The position numbers and the translations under genes were made by a program. Below are positions 1 to 9,810 of a stretch of DNA of 64,000 nucleotides, piece by piece; within the stretch, counting starts at the first letter, position 1, and each line of letters starts with the position of its first letter. This DNA comes from a virus, in IMG/VR virus record IMGVR_UViG_3300046542_000271, positions 48,422-112,421 of that record; one strand, 5' to 3'. The notes under the pieces were generated by a model, which ran no database searches, was not told the DNA's origin, and worked only from the letters and a program-made list of their open reading frames with translations.

Positions 1-2
1 AA

Positions 3-1010
3 GTCCGTGAGGAGCTCGTTAAAGTGAATGATGACAACCGTTACCTGGCTCATGAAGGCATGCAGCAACCTGAGCGCTACCACTCGACTAACCGTCGGGC
101 TACTCCGGCCGTTTCCCTGTCGGGCGCCAAACCTGCCGCTGGTGATGACGACCTGAATCAGGTTGATGTAAAACCGGTTGTCACCAATCTCCAGGAATCC
201 CTGGGCAATCTCGATCGCAACCAGTTCGAGATCGGCGAGAACGGTGCTCCTCTGGGCGAAACCCTCAACGGTCTGGTGTTCAACACCCGCGTGAAGATGG
301 TTGCTGGTAAGGACGCTCAGCGTCTGAACATCTGCTACCGTCACACGGCGCTGATCGCCACCTCCTGGGAGCAGGAAGCGCTGATCCAGCGTATCTACGG
401 CTCCAACAACCTGTCGGCTGCTGCGCAATCCCTGCGTGATCTGAAGGGTGACTTCGACGTCACCATCTGGAATGAACTGAACAAGCGCTTCTCGGACCTG
501 GTCCTGCGTGCCGTTCGCTTCCAGTTCCAGCACAACTCGGTGAAAGCCATGTCGTTCGCCAACGACTGGGAGAAACTGATCAAGCACCTGGAAGGCACCA
601 AAGGCGAAGGCTTTGCTTCCGACTTTGCTCAGCGCACTTCGTACATCATCCCAATGGCCTGCGCTATCGCTGGCCGTGACGATCTGTCGGCGTTCACTGA
701 ACTGCCAGAAGGCCAAGAAGCTCCGTGCGTAGTGTTCCTGGATTCGACTGCAATCGTCGCCCTGGACTCGACTCTGGACGCTCTGGGTCTGGGCAAGCAG
801 CTGCTGGAAATGGAAACCGGTGCCAGCATCACGGCTCAGGCCGATGCAGCTCTGAACACCGTCGTACGCGGTCTGTACAGCAAGCTGGACGACAAAGCGC
901 CAAGCGCTGGTGCCACTCGTGTGTACCTGAACACCAACGACGGCGCCATCCTGGAACTGATTCCGTTTGCCGCTCGTAAGGAAAACTTCATCTTGGCAGT
1001 CGTCAAGTAA
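3..1010 (+). CDS. Hypothetical phage protein, 5'-truncated by the window edge
   Basis: Frame is open from position 3 (VREELVKVN...) to TAA at 1010. Strong codon bias. Followed by hairpins and a U-tract. Confidence 0.8.
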   Translation, partial: VREELVKVNDDNRYLAHEGMQQPERYHSTNRRATPAVSLSGAKPAAGDDDLNQVDVKPVVTNLQESLGNLDRNQFEIGENGAPLGETLNGLVFNTRVKMVAGKDAQRLNICYRHTALIATSWEQEALIQRIYGSNNLSAAAQSLRDLKGDFDVTIWNELNKRFSDLVLRAVRFQFQHNSVKAMSFANDWEKLIKHLEGTKGEGFASDFAQRTSYIIPMACAIAGRDDLSAFTELPEGQEAPCVVFLDSTAIVALDSTLDALGLGKQLLEMETGASITAQADAALNTVVRGLYSKLDDKAPSAGATRVYLNTNDGAILELIPFAARKENFILAVVK

Positions 1011-1103
1011 ACCAGTGACTCGATCTTCTACCCTGCGAAGTGTCGATCGAGTCATTACTCCCATTAACCCCTAACAGCTTACACAAACGTTTGTCTAATC
1101 CAC

Positions 1104-1143
1104 AGAGGTCCCTACGGGGGCCTCGCTGGTACTTTCTTTTTTT
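1104..1143 (+). terminator. Intrinsic terminator
   Basis: GAGGTCCC-TACG-GGGGCCTC hairpin followed by TTTCTTTTTTT, downstream of the ORF ending at 1010. Confidence 0.75.
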
Positions 1144-1158
1144 GTTCAAGGAGTGGCT

Positions 1159-1803
1159 ATGAAGGAATGTCTGATCGAACAGTTGGCTTTTCATCGCTTC
1201 GAGCAATCTGAAGTGTCCAATGAAGCCTCTGGTCACGAGTACGAGATCGAAATCTACGTTCGGCTCAAGAACCCTGATGAGGTAGCGGCAAAGGCTTCCT
1301 CTCACGAACTACAAGAGCAGTGGGGCTGCTTCATCCCCAAGACTGATAAGAATGCTGCCAGCATGTCGACTCGCGTCCGTATGACGCAGCGGATGGACGA
1401 GGAGCCTGGCTACGTGTTCTGCTCCAAGACAGACGGTGGCGAACTGGGTCGTAAGGAAGTTGAACACGACTCCTGTCGCGATCAGTTCGAACAGTTCCGC
1501 ATGGCCGCTGACCAGGGCTTGAAGAAGATCCGCTACAACGTTCCTCATCACCTGGAATCCATTGCGACTGACATCGTCTATGAAGTGGACGTGTTCCGCA
1601 ATAAGAAAGGTGAGTTGGTGGAATGGACCAAGATCGATGCTGAGGTTCAACCCGGCACCGCGATCCGTCCAGAAGACATTCCTTTCGAGTGCGAGGAGAT
1701 CATCATCGTGACTCCGGAAGCGAAGAAGGAAGATGCAGAGCTGCGCGACAAGATTGGCAAGCTGTACGCCAAATACTTCCGCTCGGACAACGAGTTGATC
1801 TAA
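1159..1803 (+). CDS. CYTH-like (triphosphate tunnel metalloenzyme) protein
   Basis: SD AAGGAG before ATG 1159. ExE motif (HEYEIEIY), then TRVR, K, ExE, KIRY and YEVDVF at CYTH-like spacing. Confidence 0.6.
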   Translation: MKECLIEQLAFHRFEQSEVSNEASGHEYEIEIYVRLKNPDEVAAKASSHELQEQWGCFIPKTDKNAASMSTRVRMTQRMDEEPGYVFCSKTDGGELGRKEVEHDSCRDQFEQFRMAADQGLKKIRYNVPHHLESIATDIVYEVDVFRNKKGELVEWTKIDAEVQPGTAIRPEDIPFECEEIIIVTPEAKKEDAELRDKIGKLYAKYFRSDNELI

Positions 1804-1806
1804 ACG

Positions 1807-1858
1807 GCATAAAGACACCTACTGGGTTTGCGCCCAGTAGGTGTCTGTGCTGCTATGT
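1807..1858. terminator. Bidirectional terminator hairpin with GCATA flank
   Basis: AGACACCTACTGGG-TTTGCG-CCCAGTAGGTGTCT, a 14-bp stem between convergent genes. Confidence 0.8.
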
Positions 1859-2287
1859 CGTAGGAACTGGTGACAACATCTTCATGATCTCAACGATCAA
1901 TTTAGTGATCTCCAGTACTGCTTCCGTGTTGACTCCACTTCCCACGCCACTGGCCAGGATGAGAGCAACCACGCAGACTGTAGCACCAAAGCCCATGAAT
2001 GCTGCGAAGTGTTTGCGCGTCTTGTCCGTCTTAACAGCGGCATCGGATACCGGCTGATCAGACATCAAGGATACTTGTCCTCCCACAGATGTAACCAAAA
2101 CCATCTGTTGCGTCACGGCGTCTAAAGTCGACAAGGCCGACTTAATTTCCATCGCCGTTGCGGTGCGGGGGTCCAACTGAGCATCCACATTCAGGAAGCT
2201 GTTGACCAATCCAATCAACGCTTCTTCCCAAGGGAAGTCCACCGCCGGGTTCCTGCCCATCAAAATTAAAGCATCTTCGATTTTCAT
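1853..2287 (-). CDS. Hypothetical membrane protein
   Basis: Likely start MKIEDAL (2287). Hydrophobic segment FAAFMGFGATVCVVALILAS near the C-terminus. Confidence 0.65.
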   Translation of the reverse strand: MKIEDALILMGRNPAVDFPWEEALIGLVNSFLNVDAQLDPRTATAMEIKSALSTLDAVTQQMVLVTSVGGQVSLMSDQPVSDAAVKTDKTRKHFAAFMGFGATVCVVALILASGVGSGVNTEAVLEITKLIVEIMKMLSPVPTT

Positions 2288-2316
2288 CCAGGAGACCCCT
2301 TCTTGCGTGTGAGGCG

Positions 2317-2967
2317 TTAGTCCGCCCTCATCAGATCTATGCCGTCGGGGTATTGCGAACTGAACCACATGTGACGTGGACCCAGATTCTCCCGCAAAGC
2401 CACGGCCCTAGCCACAGCAATGGCGTCAATCGAGTGCTCATCCAGAGTCCTCAAGTTGATACCGTCCACTGCGACAATCGTGGGATCTGCAAGGATACAG
2501 TCACGGATGTAATCTTTCTCCGTTTTAAAGTTACTCCCTTTCGGGATTACAGCGGCCTTGGCTGTATAAGGAGAAATCCCGACGAACTCTAAGCCAGGTC
2601 GATAATCATACACAGCTGTCTGGATATAATCAAGCGACATGGATAACGCTTTGTAGCTACTCACGAATGCGCGACGGGCAAATGGTGTCTCAATTGCCAC
2701 AGAGTCAGGATCTTCGTCCTCGAGCACCGTCCTCATATACCGCTGAATCGTCTTGAGGCGCGCTACAAGCGTATCCTCGTAAAAATTCATGTCAGGGTAC
2801 AAGTAACCTGACGTACGGTCCGCCTTGAACGTCTCAGCGCGTGTGACCAAACTGATACCCGTACGGATATCATGCTCCAAGATAACGATGCCGACAGTGT
2901 TAGTGCCGTTGTCGATACCTAGAACTCGGAACTTCCATGAATCATCAGCATCGAAATTTATGAACAT
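2317..2967 (-). CDS. ruvC: RuvC-like Holliday junction resolvase
   Basis: RVLGIDNGT, AIETPF and DEHSIDAIAVA motifs match the RuvC catalytic D/E/D pattern. Confidence 0.85.
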   Translation of the reverse strand: MFINFDADDSWKFRVLGIDNGTNTVGIVILEHDIRTGISLVTRAETFKADRTSGYLYPDMNFYEDTLVARLKTIQRYMRTVLEDEDPDSVAIETPFARRAFVSSYKALSMSLDYIQTAVYDYRPGLEFVGISPYTAKAAVIPKGSNFKTEKDYIRDCILADPTIVAVDGINLRTLDEHSIDAIAVARAVALRENLGPRHMWFSSQYPDGIDLMRAD

Positions 2968-2974
2968 ACACAAT

Positions 2975-3010
2975 GCCACTGGGGTTTAAGCCCCAGTGGC
3001 CTCCTATGCG
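2975..3010 (-). terminator. Terminator hairpin with GCATA flank
   Basis: GCCACTGGGG-TTTAAG-CCCCAGTGGC, preceded on the minus strand by GCATA, just after the stop of the 291-aa gene. Confidence 0.65.
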
Positions 3011-3014
3011 CGAA

Positions 3015-3890
3015 CTACGGAATAACGTTCAGGGTAGGAATCGAAGCAGTACCCAGCAGCGGCAGTTGGTTACCCAGGTCAAAGTCCAACGTCAGCTCTT
3101 GGCTGTTGTAGTACAGTGCCTTGTGGTCCATCGAGTAGCTGTAGGCCTGACATCCGATTGCTTCCAGGAAGTTAATCGAGCCGGAAGTACTTGGGACAGA
3201 GACGGTGCGGTCAGCGGCTGTGCAGAGTGCGAACTCCGACATGATGGCGTAACGCTCATCACCGTTGTGCATGATCTTGGCGGCGTTGATGAATTCTTCG
3301 ATAGCCACTTCATCGAGACGCACGCGGATCACGCAGCTAACCGACAGGCTGACGTCAGTGGTGGACACTGCGCCTTTTACTGGCAATTCAACCGGCTCTG
3401 GGTAGAGGTCAGCAGTAGAAGGAATGAAGACCGCTTCAGTGGTCTGGCCATTCTCCACGGTGATCTTCTTCATCACCACGGTCACGTCAGCTGGATCGAT
3501 GTCCATGCGCATGCCGTAGTAGGCGTAGTAGTTCACGCCACTGACCATCATTTCCTTACGCAACGCGTACTTGTCGCGCAGCACCTTAGGCAAGTCATCG
3601 TCGATACGACGCAGTGCGAAAGGTACCGGGTTGTAGGTCGACGCGTGGTTGGCCAGGTGGTCGATCACGGAAGTCAGTGCGATACCGCCATCGCCTGCTA
3701 CAGCGCGGTGGCCTTTGTTACCCACGGTCATGATGCCGAGGTAGACCTTCTCACCGTTCGTTGGACGAGCAGCGTCCTGGATACCCAGGCGTTCGTTGAA
3801 GGTGGTACGCGATGGAATGACAGGCGTGTGACCCAGGAGGAGGTGGACCAGAGTTTTGGCACCATACAGGGTGGATTGGATAGTGTTCAC
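3015..3890 (-). CDS. Virion structural protein (phiKZ gp139-like)
   Basis: Conserved-looking motifs GNKGH, PVPF.LR..DDDL and YALRK. Lies at the end of the tail operon next to RuvC, as in phiKZ-like phages. Confidence 0.65.
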   Translation of the reverse strand: MNTIQSTLYGAKTLVHLLLGHTPVIPSRTTFNERLGIQDAARPTNGEKVYLGIMTVGNKGHRAVAGDGGIALTSVIDHLANHASTYNPVPFALRRIDDDLPKVLRDKYALRKEMMVSGVNYYAYYGMRMDIDPADVTVVMKKITVENGQTTEAVFIPSTADLYPEPVELPVKGAVSTTDVSLSVSCVIRVRLDEVAIEEFINAAKIMHNGDERYAIMSEFALCTAADRTVSVPSTSGSINFLEAIGCQAYSYSMDHKALYYNSQELTLDFDLGNQLPLLGTASIPTLNVIP

Positions 3891-3899
3891 GGATCAACC

Positions 3900-4943
3900 T
3901 CAATGTTGGAAGAGTGGCGTGACAGACGACGGGTTGAACTGCTGGTTAGTCGGTGTAGCCGGAGATGAGTACCGGTAACCGATCCGCAGTATGCCACTCA
4001 GATTCCGACACAGGTCACCGAGTTCGATAACCAAGACGTAACTGTAACGGCTGTCGTCAGCACTGTATTCAGGAGTGACCAGCCCGTTATAGAGGATGGT
4101 ACTGTTGTAAAAATTGAAATCCGATGCAGTGTCTGGCGTGTAGTGCCAGAGGTCACCCGTCAGCGCAAACAAGACGCCTGTAAGGCGGTTGGCTACGTCG
4201 ACGATCGGACCGGACTTCTGTTCATAGAGATAGGCTGCGGTCTTCTTGGCATCACCCAACGGGGTCTTGATGAACTCAGCAATGAACAGACGACCCTGAG
4301 GAAGGTACAGATCGATAGGAGGACGACCTACCGCACCATCCTTATAGAAGTCACGGAAATCCATGCGGCGAGCGATGGTGGTATTCAGCAACGCAAGCGC
4401 AGGGCGGACCAACACATGCAGATAACCGAAGAAGACCAAGTGGTCGTCAAAGGTGATCTTGAAGTTACGGTCCAGATCAGGATCGGGTGCAAACGCAGGC
4501 TCAGTGACCTTATTAAAGCCAGTGAGGTACGGTTGAGTCATGCGGGTGGTGATGTCAGACTGATCTGCATCCAACCCACCGTAGATCTCCTGGATCTGGA
4601 TGTGTCCAGGTTCTAGCATCACGCCACATTGATCGAAGATCGCCTGGAGCAACGCTGCATCATCAGCCAGGTCAGTGGCATTGATCACCAGACGACTCAA
4701 ATCCGCGTGGCGATTAGCCTCGATGCGGTAGTAAGTCATCGGGCGTTGTTCGTCAGACCAACCCAGGTCAGTGCGGAACATCAACTTGACTTCAGTCTTG
4801 CCTTCACTGTCGAGAGCTTCAGGATCACTGAAGACCAACTGATCGGCAGCCAACTGGGTTCCGTTGAACGTGTTGATCATCTCAACCAGCAATTGCTTGC
4901 TGGACTTATTGAAACGATTCAGAGGGGAAGCGCAGTTACTCAT
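3900..4943 (-). CDS. Tail/baseplate-associated protein (phiKZ gp130/gp131 family)
   Basis: N-terminal LLVEMINTFNG..L...QLVFSDP...Y.R module typical of this family, plus one YLTGF motif. Start MSNCASP (4943). Confidence 0.6.
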   Translation of the reverse strand: MSNCASPLNRFNKSSKQLLVEMINTFNGTQLAADQLVFSDPEALDSEGKTEVKLMFRTDLGWSDEQRPMTYYRIEANRHADLSRLVINATDLADDAALLQAIFDQCGVMLEPGHIQIQEIYGGLDADQSDITTRMTQPYLTGFNKVTEPAFAPDPDLDRNFKITFDDHLVFFGYLHVLVRPALALLNTTIARRMDFRDFYKDGAVGRPPIDLYLPQGRLFIAEFIKTPLGDAKKTAAYLYEQKSGPIVDVANRLTGVLFALTGDLWHYTPDTASDFNFYNSTILYNGLVTPEYSADDSRYSYVLVIELGDLCRNLSGILRIGYRYSSPATPTNQQFNPSSVTPLFQH

Positions 4944-4959
4944 CAATCTGATCTCTGAA

Positions 4960-5424
4960 TTACGACAGTTCAACCTGGAACGAGCCTGTCCAGAACAACG
5001 AGAGCGGAGCTGCCTGGATCGTCGACACTCGCTCAAGCAAGTTATCTTCGACCACGTCGTCGGCAGTCAAATAGAAGCTATCGTTGGATCGCAGGGTGCT
5101 CAGGATAACTGACGAGTTAGTTGGGGCCACTACCTTGAGTTTGGTGGCTGTGAACCACTCACTCATCTGAAGGCGCTTGTATCGCACCGTGAGGGAGCCC
5201 GTATGGACACGGGCTACTGATTCACTGGTGGAGTCAAACGTTTCAATCAGGGCAACGGCATTCACACCATCGCTTTCGATGACCGTAGCTTTTGCAAACT
5301 CCGGTCGTAGACGCAAGTTAAAGGCGTCATTCACCATGATCAAGAAACCCTCCACCGGAGGGTACTTGACATAGCGTTCGATGCGATGGAAGGGCACTTC
5401 ACTGATAGTGTCCATCTTGTTCAT
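4960..5424 (-). CDS. Tail-associated protein (gp130/gp131-family module)
   Basis: VRYKRL and A.P.SL.W.GS motifs shared with the upstream 693-aa protein. Same operon. Confidence 0.55.
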   Translation of the reverse strand: MNKMDTISEVPFHRIERYVKYPPVEGFLIMVNDAFNLRLRPEFAKATVIESDGVNAVALIETFDSTSESVARVHTGSLTVRYKRLQMSEWFTATKLKVVAPTNSSVILSTLRSNDSFYLTADDVVEDNLLERVSTIQAAPLSLFWTGSFQVELS

Positions 5425-5438
5425 CGGTCATCGTCCTG

Positions 5439-7520
5439 TTACGGTTCAGGAGTGGGTGGAGGAGGATAGCTCAGACCGTTAGGCGTCTTAACGAAGATGA
5501 CGTCCTTCAAGTCTACGCCGCCTGGTGGTTTGCCTTCAAAGCCGTCGAGTCTAGGCAGGACAACTTCAGAAAGCTTCTTCTTCAGGTGAACGGTTTCAAA
5601 ACCATCCAGCTTAGGTTTCCAGAGCGCCTCAGTCAGACGGTGCTTGGTTTTACCTTCGAAGCCATCAAGCGTTTCAACCTCTTCAGACAGCAACTTCAAC
5701 TTATCGCTGTCGTAGCCATCCAACGCCGGTGTCTCGATCAATTCAGGCAGCAGGTAGCGCTTGTCTGATTCGAACCCATCCAGGGCTGGAGTATCAACTA
5801 CTTCAGGTAGGAGTTTCAGTTTGTCACTGTCGTAGCCATTGAGTGCGCGATCAACGATCTCCTCAGAGAGCAGGTGACGCTTATCGGACTCGTAGCCGTC
5901 CAAGGTCCGTACATCAATGACCTCAGGTAACAGTTTCAACTTGTCGCTGTCAAACCCGTCTTGCTGAGTGACCGGGAGGTCATTCTCGAGCAGCTTCTTC
6001 TTGTCAGACTCGAAGCCTTCCTGAGCGGTGGTGTGTAAAGTCTGCGACAGTCTGCGGGTGAGGTTAGACGTCCACCCGTCAAGCTGGGTGATCTCCAGTA
6101 CCTGCGAGAGTGGCCTGCGCTTGTCAGATTCAAATCCGTGTTGCGATCCCTGAAATGCTTCAGAGATAAGCTTGCGCTTATCGCTATCGAAACCATCCTG
6201 TTTCGGCAGATGGAACTCATCCGACAGCGGTCGGTGCTTTTCGGAGGTGAATCCGTCCAGATAAGGTTCAGGTGTCCATTCGCCGATTGGCAGTTTCTTA
6301 ATGGACTCAAAGCCCATAATGAACGGCGTGCGAGTGAACTCACCGATAGGCATCTTCTTAACGGATGTGAATCCATCAAGGTAAGGCTTACTGGTGCAGG
6401 TCCTGATATCCGGCGCTGGGAATGGAGGAACAAATCCATCCAGCTTAGGCGCGAGCAACTCCAGCGGCATCTTGCAACCGAACTTCAGGACGAAACCGTC
6501 CAAGACGTTGTCGAAGACTTCAGTCGCCAAGTCAATCTGGTTCGACTCATCCCAGATAACCAGTTCGACGTAGATGTCGCCGACGGTGGTCAAGGAGTTC
6601 GGCGTGGTAGTCAGGCGGTAAATGCCTTTCTCCACCAGAGTACTTGGGAGTGTTGCCCAGTTGGAGATGTCGCTTTCGACCAAGCCCGTATCGAACTTGA
6701 AGTTGATGGCATCCAGTACCTTAGCCCTGGTCACCACACCACCTGTTGCTACCCTGACCGCATGGCGGTAGGTTGGGGTGTAGGATTTGCGCTGATACGT
6801 GAAGTCCATCGACCCGGTGAAATCACCGCCGACGCCTGTCAGTGTAATCTTGGTGTTCAGGCCGTTGTCATCCGGAGAGATAACGGTAGGCCCAGAGGTA
6901 ATGCGGAAATCCTCCGGCCGAAGCTGGTAGGGTTCTTCGTACGACGAGTTGTGGTTCTCTATCGCTTTCAACAAGACCTTTAAGAAGTCGTCTGAGCGGA
7001 AACCCGTCGAGAATGGAATAAAGATCGCTGTGTTCGAGAAGAACTCTTTGAGGAGGTAAGCTTCACGAATCAGTTGTAACGCAACCGACCCCACCCAACG
7101 AGGTGAGGTTTCCGGGGCAGAGATGACGTAGCTACCGGCGGTTTCAGTCGTGAACAATGTCACGTCGTCCGCACTGACCGGTATATCGTGCTTCGCTAAC
7201 AATCGACTGAGGATGTCGACCGAGCTCACGGACCCCTTGAACTTCACCGTCTTGTCCACCCCCGTTAGAAACTCGGTCAGGTTAAGACGTTTGAACTGGA
7301 AGGTTAGAGGGTCCTTGAACTTGGCACTGATTGCAGGTGGCGCGTAGAAGCTGCTGAACGTCATTTCCGCCAGAGCATCTTTGGAAGTCGGTACACCCTT
7401 TGGGCGAATGTTCTCAATGACGAGCCATTCTTTATTTACCCAGGATGGCAGATTATCCAGAAGGATCTGCTTAACCGCTTCCAAAGAGTCCATCTTGAGA
7501 AGGGATTCTGGCGTACTCAT
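5439..7520 (-). CDS. Tail/baseplate protein (gp130-like) with C-terminal ~20-aa repeat array
   Basis: Start MSTPESLL with SD GAGG. FKRLNL and SPRWVGS modules. About 18 L.E.....LDGF.S.K repeats. Confidence 0.7.
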   Translation of the reverse strand: MSTPESLLKMDSLEAVKQILLDNLPSWVNKEWLVIENIRPKGVPTSKDALAEMTFSSFYAPPAISAKFKDPLTFQFKRLNLTEFLTGVDKTVKFKGSVSSVDILSRLLAKHDIPVSADDVTLFTTETAGSYVISAPETSPRWVGSVALQLIREAYLLKEFFSNTAIFIPFSTGFRSDDFLKVLLKAIENHNSSYEEPYQLRPEDFRITSGPTVISPDDNGLNTKITLTGVGGDFTGSMDFTYQRKSYTPTYRHAVRVATGGVVTRAKVLDAINFKFDTGLVESDISNWATLPSTLVEKGIYRLTTTPNSLTTVGDIYVELVIWDESNQIDLATEVFDNVLDGFVLKFGCKMPLELLAPKLDGFVPPFPAPDIRTCTSKPYLDGFTSVKKMPIGEFTRTPFIMGFESIKKLPIGEWTPEPYLDGFTSEKHRPLSDEFHLPKQDGFDSDKRKLISEAFQGSQHGFESDKRRPLSQVLEITQLDGWTSNLTRRLSQTLHTTAQEGFESDKKKLLENDLPVTQQDGFDSDKLKLLPEVIDVRTLDGYESDKRHLLSEEIVDRALNGYDSDKLKLLPEVVDTPALDGFESDKRYLLPELIETPALDGYDSDKLKLLSEEVETLDGFEGKTKHRLTEALWKPKLDGFETVHLKKKLSEVVLPRLDGFEGKPPGGVDLKDVIFVKTPNGLSYPPPPTPEP
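5460..6536 (-). repeat. Coding tandem repeat, ~18 x ~60 bp (LDG[FY]xSDK)
   Basis: Repeats read directly in the translation, e.g. KLLPEVIDVRTLDGYESDKR and KLLPEVVDTPALDGFESDKR. Confidence 0.9.
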
Positions 7521-7543
7521 TATTCGCCTCAAGTAAAAGACTG

Positions 7544-9775
7544 TTAAAGTCCGAGGAACATCTTCCGTCGAGTGTCAGTCAGGACATCATACCCACCCGT
7601 CATGATGGGGAACGAAGACCCAATGAAGAGGTCCGCGTAACTCATCCGCTCAGGCTCAAGGTAATCGAGCGTGAGTGTCCGATCGCCAGAGATGTCGGTG
7701 ACAGCCTCGGGGATCAGCTTGAGAGTCGGTAGGGCGAAGTCCATGCGGGTAACGAGTGTTCCCCGACCTAACAGTTTGATGTTTGCGACGACCGGGATTT
7801 TACCGGTGACCATGTCCAGGGTAGAGCGGAAGTCCACTCCAACGTTGGCCTTGATCTTGTCATGCCGGCGCTCATACGAATCGACGTCCAGGATAGTGGG
7901 TGGGTCGATGTCGATCAACTTGTGTTCGGTTTCATCCAGTTTCGGAATCGACTGCTTAGGGAACTTCCCGTCCACGATCTTGACAGGGTTGTCGTTGATC
8001 GTCTTGATGAACTGCACCGAGTAGGACGAAAGCGCCTGCATGATGCGGATCATCGAAGCATGGATCTGACGAACGCTGTTCACGTTACTGAGGTCAGCAC
8101 CGGTAATCGAGTTGAAGATCGTGCTATACATCAGCTGATATTCAACACGTCCCATGGTGGCAGTGTCGATCCCCATCTCGTTGAGCCAGGAGTCGTAGGA
8201 CTGCTCCTTCGCCAGGTCGATCCGGATGTCCTGGTAGAACCGATCCACCACAGTGTGCAGTTGACCTTCCGCTCGCCAGTCCTGGTAGTAGCAACGGAAC
8301 TTACGGTGGTCCAACATCTTGCGGTGGATGTCGACACAGAGTTCCCGGAAAGCTTCCACCGAGACGTAACGCGTGATAGGTGCCTGGTCCGTCAACAGGT
8401 GATGGATGGCATAGTCTGGCACACGTTTAGGTTCAGCGAACTTCCTGAGCTCTGTAAACGTCGGCAACGGCATACGACGAACACGGTTGGCCGACAGAAC
8501 CGGCACCTTATCGAGTGTGATCCCGATAGCCTTGTTGTACGCATAGATGTAGAAGATGAAGGCGTTCTTGGCCGTCAGCTTAAACGTATCCCCGTTACTC
8601 GGGTTGGTGATCGACATTACGGTGTTGTAGCGACCGAAGTGCGACAAGTACAGCCAGTGGTTCAACAAGACGTCAGTCAGGGTGAACGGGTCCGCGTCAG
8701 CACGGTCAAGAACGTTGGAGTCCAGGACCTTGGTGATGTGGGTACTGGTCTTGGCATGAACCGATCGCTTGGTAACGTCGATCTCATGGTCGTCCCGGTA
8801 TGGCGTGTTACCCCTGGCGATCCCGTCTTCCATGTCGAGGATCTCGCCCACGGATTTATCGGTAGCGCCGTTAGCAGGTTCGATCCCGTTGAGGGTTTCC
8901 TGCTGGAGCTCAACCACAGGCTTGAGCGTCGTGGTGGTTTTGTCATACACATGACTCAGCTTAAAGCCGGACAGGTTGAAACCACGATCCGTCAGCACCT
9001 TCTCGGTGGTGAGCTTGAGGATCTCTTCACGCCCCAGGTTACGGTTGAGGTAACGGATGTTGCGGTACAGCCACAGACGCAGCTTACGCGTCATGTAGTC
9101 GAACTCTTTACCGACTGCACTGAACGAGGTCAGGTATTGGCGCACGTAGAACGTATGCACGTAATCGGTTTTACACATCTCTTTACGAAGCGTGACAATC
9201 CACAGCGGAAGCTTCGTGTAGAGGACACCCAACAAGCCCGTATAGTAGAAGGGTTCGAACAGACCGTAGTCCCGGTTATCGCGTTGCAGGAAGTACATGT
9301 CGATGTAACGCTGAACCCGTGGGATCAGGTACTCTTCACCTTCCTCGACTTCCTTTTTGTCATGCCACAAGATCTTATGGTCTTCTGACGTAACTGCGGT
9401 CTCGATATCGATGGGGTTCAGGATACCGTTGATCAGCGCTTGCTGGTCAGGATACCTGGCTACCAGGTCTTTATAATAGACCGAACCGTAGGCGTATTCG
9501 CGCTTCGTACCACGGTGCTCTGCTAAGGTCACAATGTCGAATGGGATCTCTTCCTGGGTGTCCAGGGAAACCACCGTCATGTCGGTATCCGACTCGTGGT
9601 ACGTACCCGCCATGTTGAGGTAGTACTTCCAAGTGTACGGATTGTCTCGATCCACCTTGTACCCTAACTGGGTCACTTTGGTGTTGAGGAGATCAGCTGT
9701 ACTCGCACTCTTTATTAAGAGCGTAGCCGCCAATTTCAATGTGCTCTTGATATAGAGCCGGTAATGGGCATTCAT
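7544..9775 (-). CDS. Virion structural protein, probable baseplate wedge (phiKZ gp128-like)
   Basis: WKYYLNMAG.YH..D and WLYRNIRYL.RN.G motifs. Divergent from the portal gene. Confidence 0.7.
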   Translation of the reverse strand: MNAHYRLYIKSTLKLAATLLIKSASTADLLNTKVTQLGYKVDRDNPYTWKYYLNMAGTYHESDTDMTVVSLDTQEEIPFDIVTLAEHRGTKREYAYGSVYYKDLVARYPDQQALINGILNPIDIETAVTSEDHKILWHDKKEVEEGEEYLIPRVQRYIDMYFLQRDNRDYGLFEPFYYTGLLGVLYTKLPLWIVTLRKEMCKTDYVHTFYVRQYLTSFSAVGKEFDYMTRKLRLWLYRNIRYLNRNLGREEILKLTTEKVLTDRGFNLSGFKLSHVYDKTTTTLKPVVELQQETLNGIEPANGATDKSVGEILDMEDGIARGNTPYRDDHEIDVTKRSVHAKTSTHITKVLDSNVLDRADADPFTLTDVLLNHWLYLSHFGRYNTVMSITNPSNGDTFKLTAKNAFIFYIYAYNKAIGITLDKVPVLSANRVRRMPLPTFTELRKFAEPKRVPDYAIHHLLTDQAPITRYVSVEAFRELCVDIHRKMLDHRKFRCYYQDWRAEGQLHTVVDRFYQDIRIDLAKEQSYDSWLNEMGIDTATMGRVEYQLMYSTIFNSITGADLSNVNSVRQIHASMIRIMQALSSYSVQFIKTINDNPVKIVDGKFPKQSIPKLDETEHKLIDIDPPTILDVDSYERRHDKIKANVGVDFRSTLDMVTGKIPVVANIKLLGRGTLVTRMDFALPTLKLIPEAVTDISGDRTLTLDYLEPERMSYADLFIGSSFPIMTGGYDVLTDTRRKMFLGL

Positions 9776-9810
9776 TTCTTTATAACCCCGATCTGACTAG
9801 GAGAGGAGTA

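Noticed and set aside
1012-1058. Hairpin AGTGACTCGATC...GATCGAGTCATT as a tRNA or ncRNA
   Set aside because: It is a single stem without cloverleaf or T-loop consensus, most simply a 3'-UTR stabiliser.
5460-6536. Possible CRISPR or non-coding repeat array
   Set aside because: The repeats are degenerate at synonymous positions and stay in frame within a CDS. There is no repeat-spacer structure.
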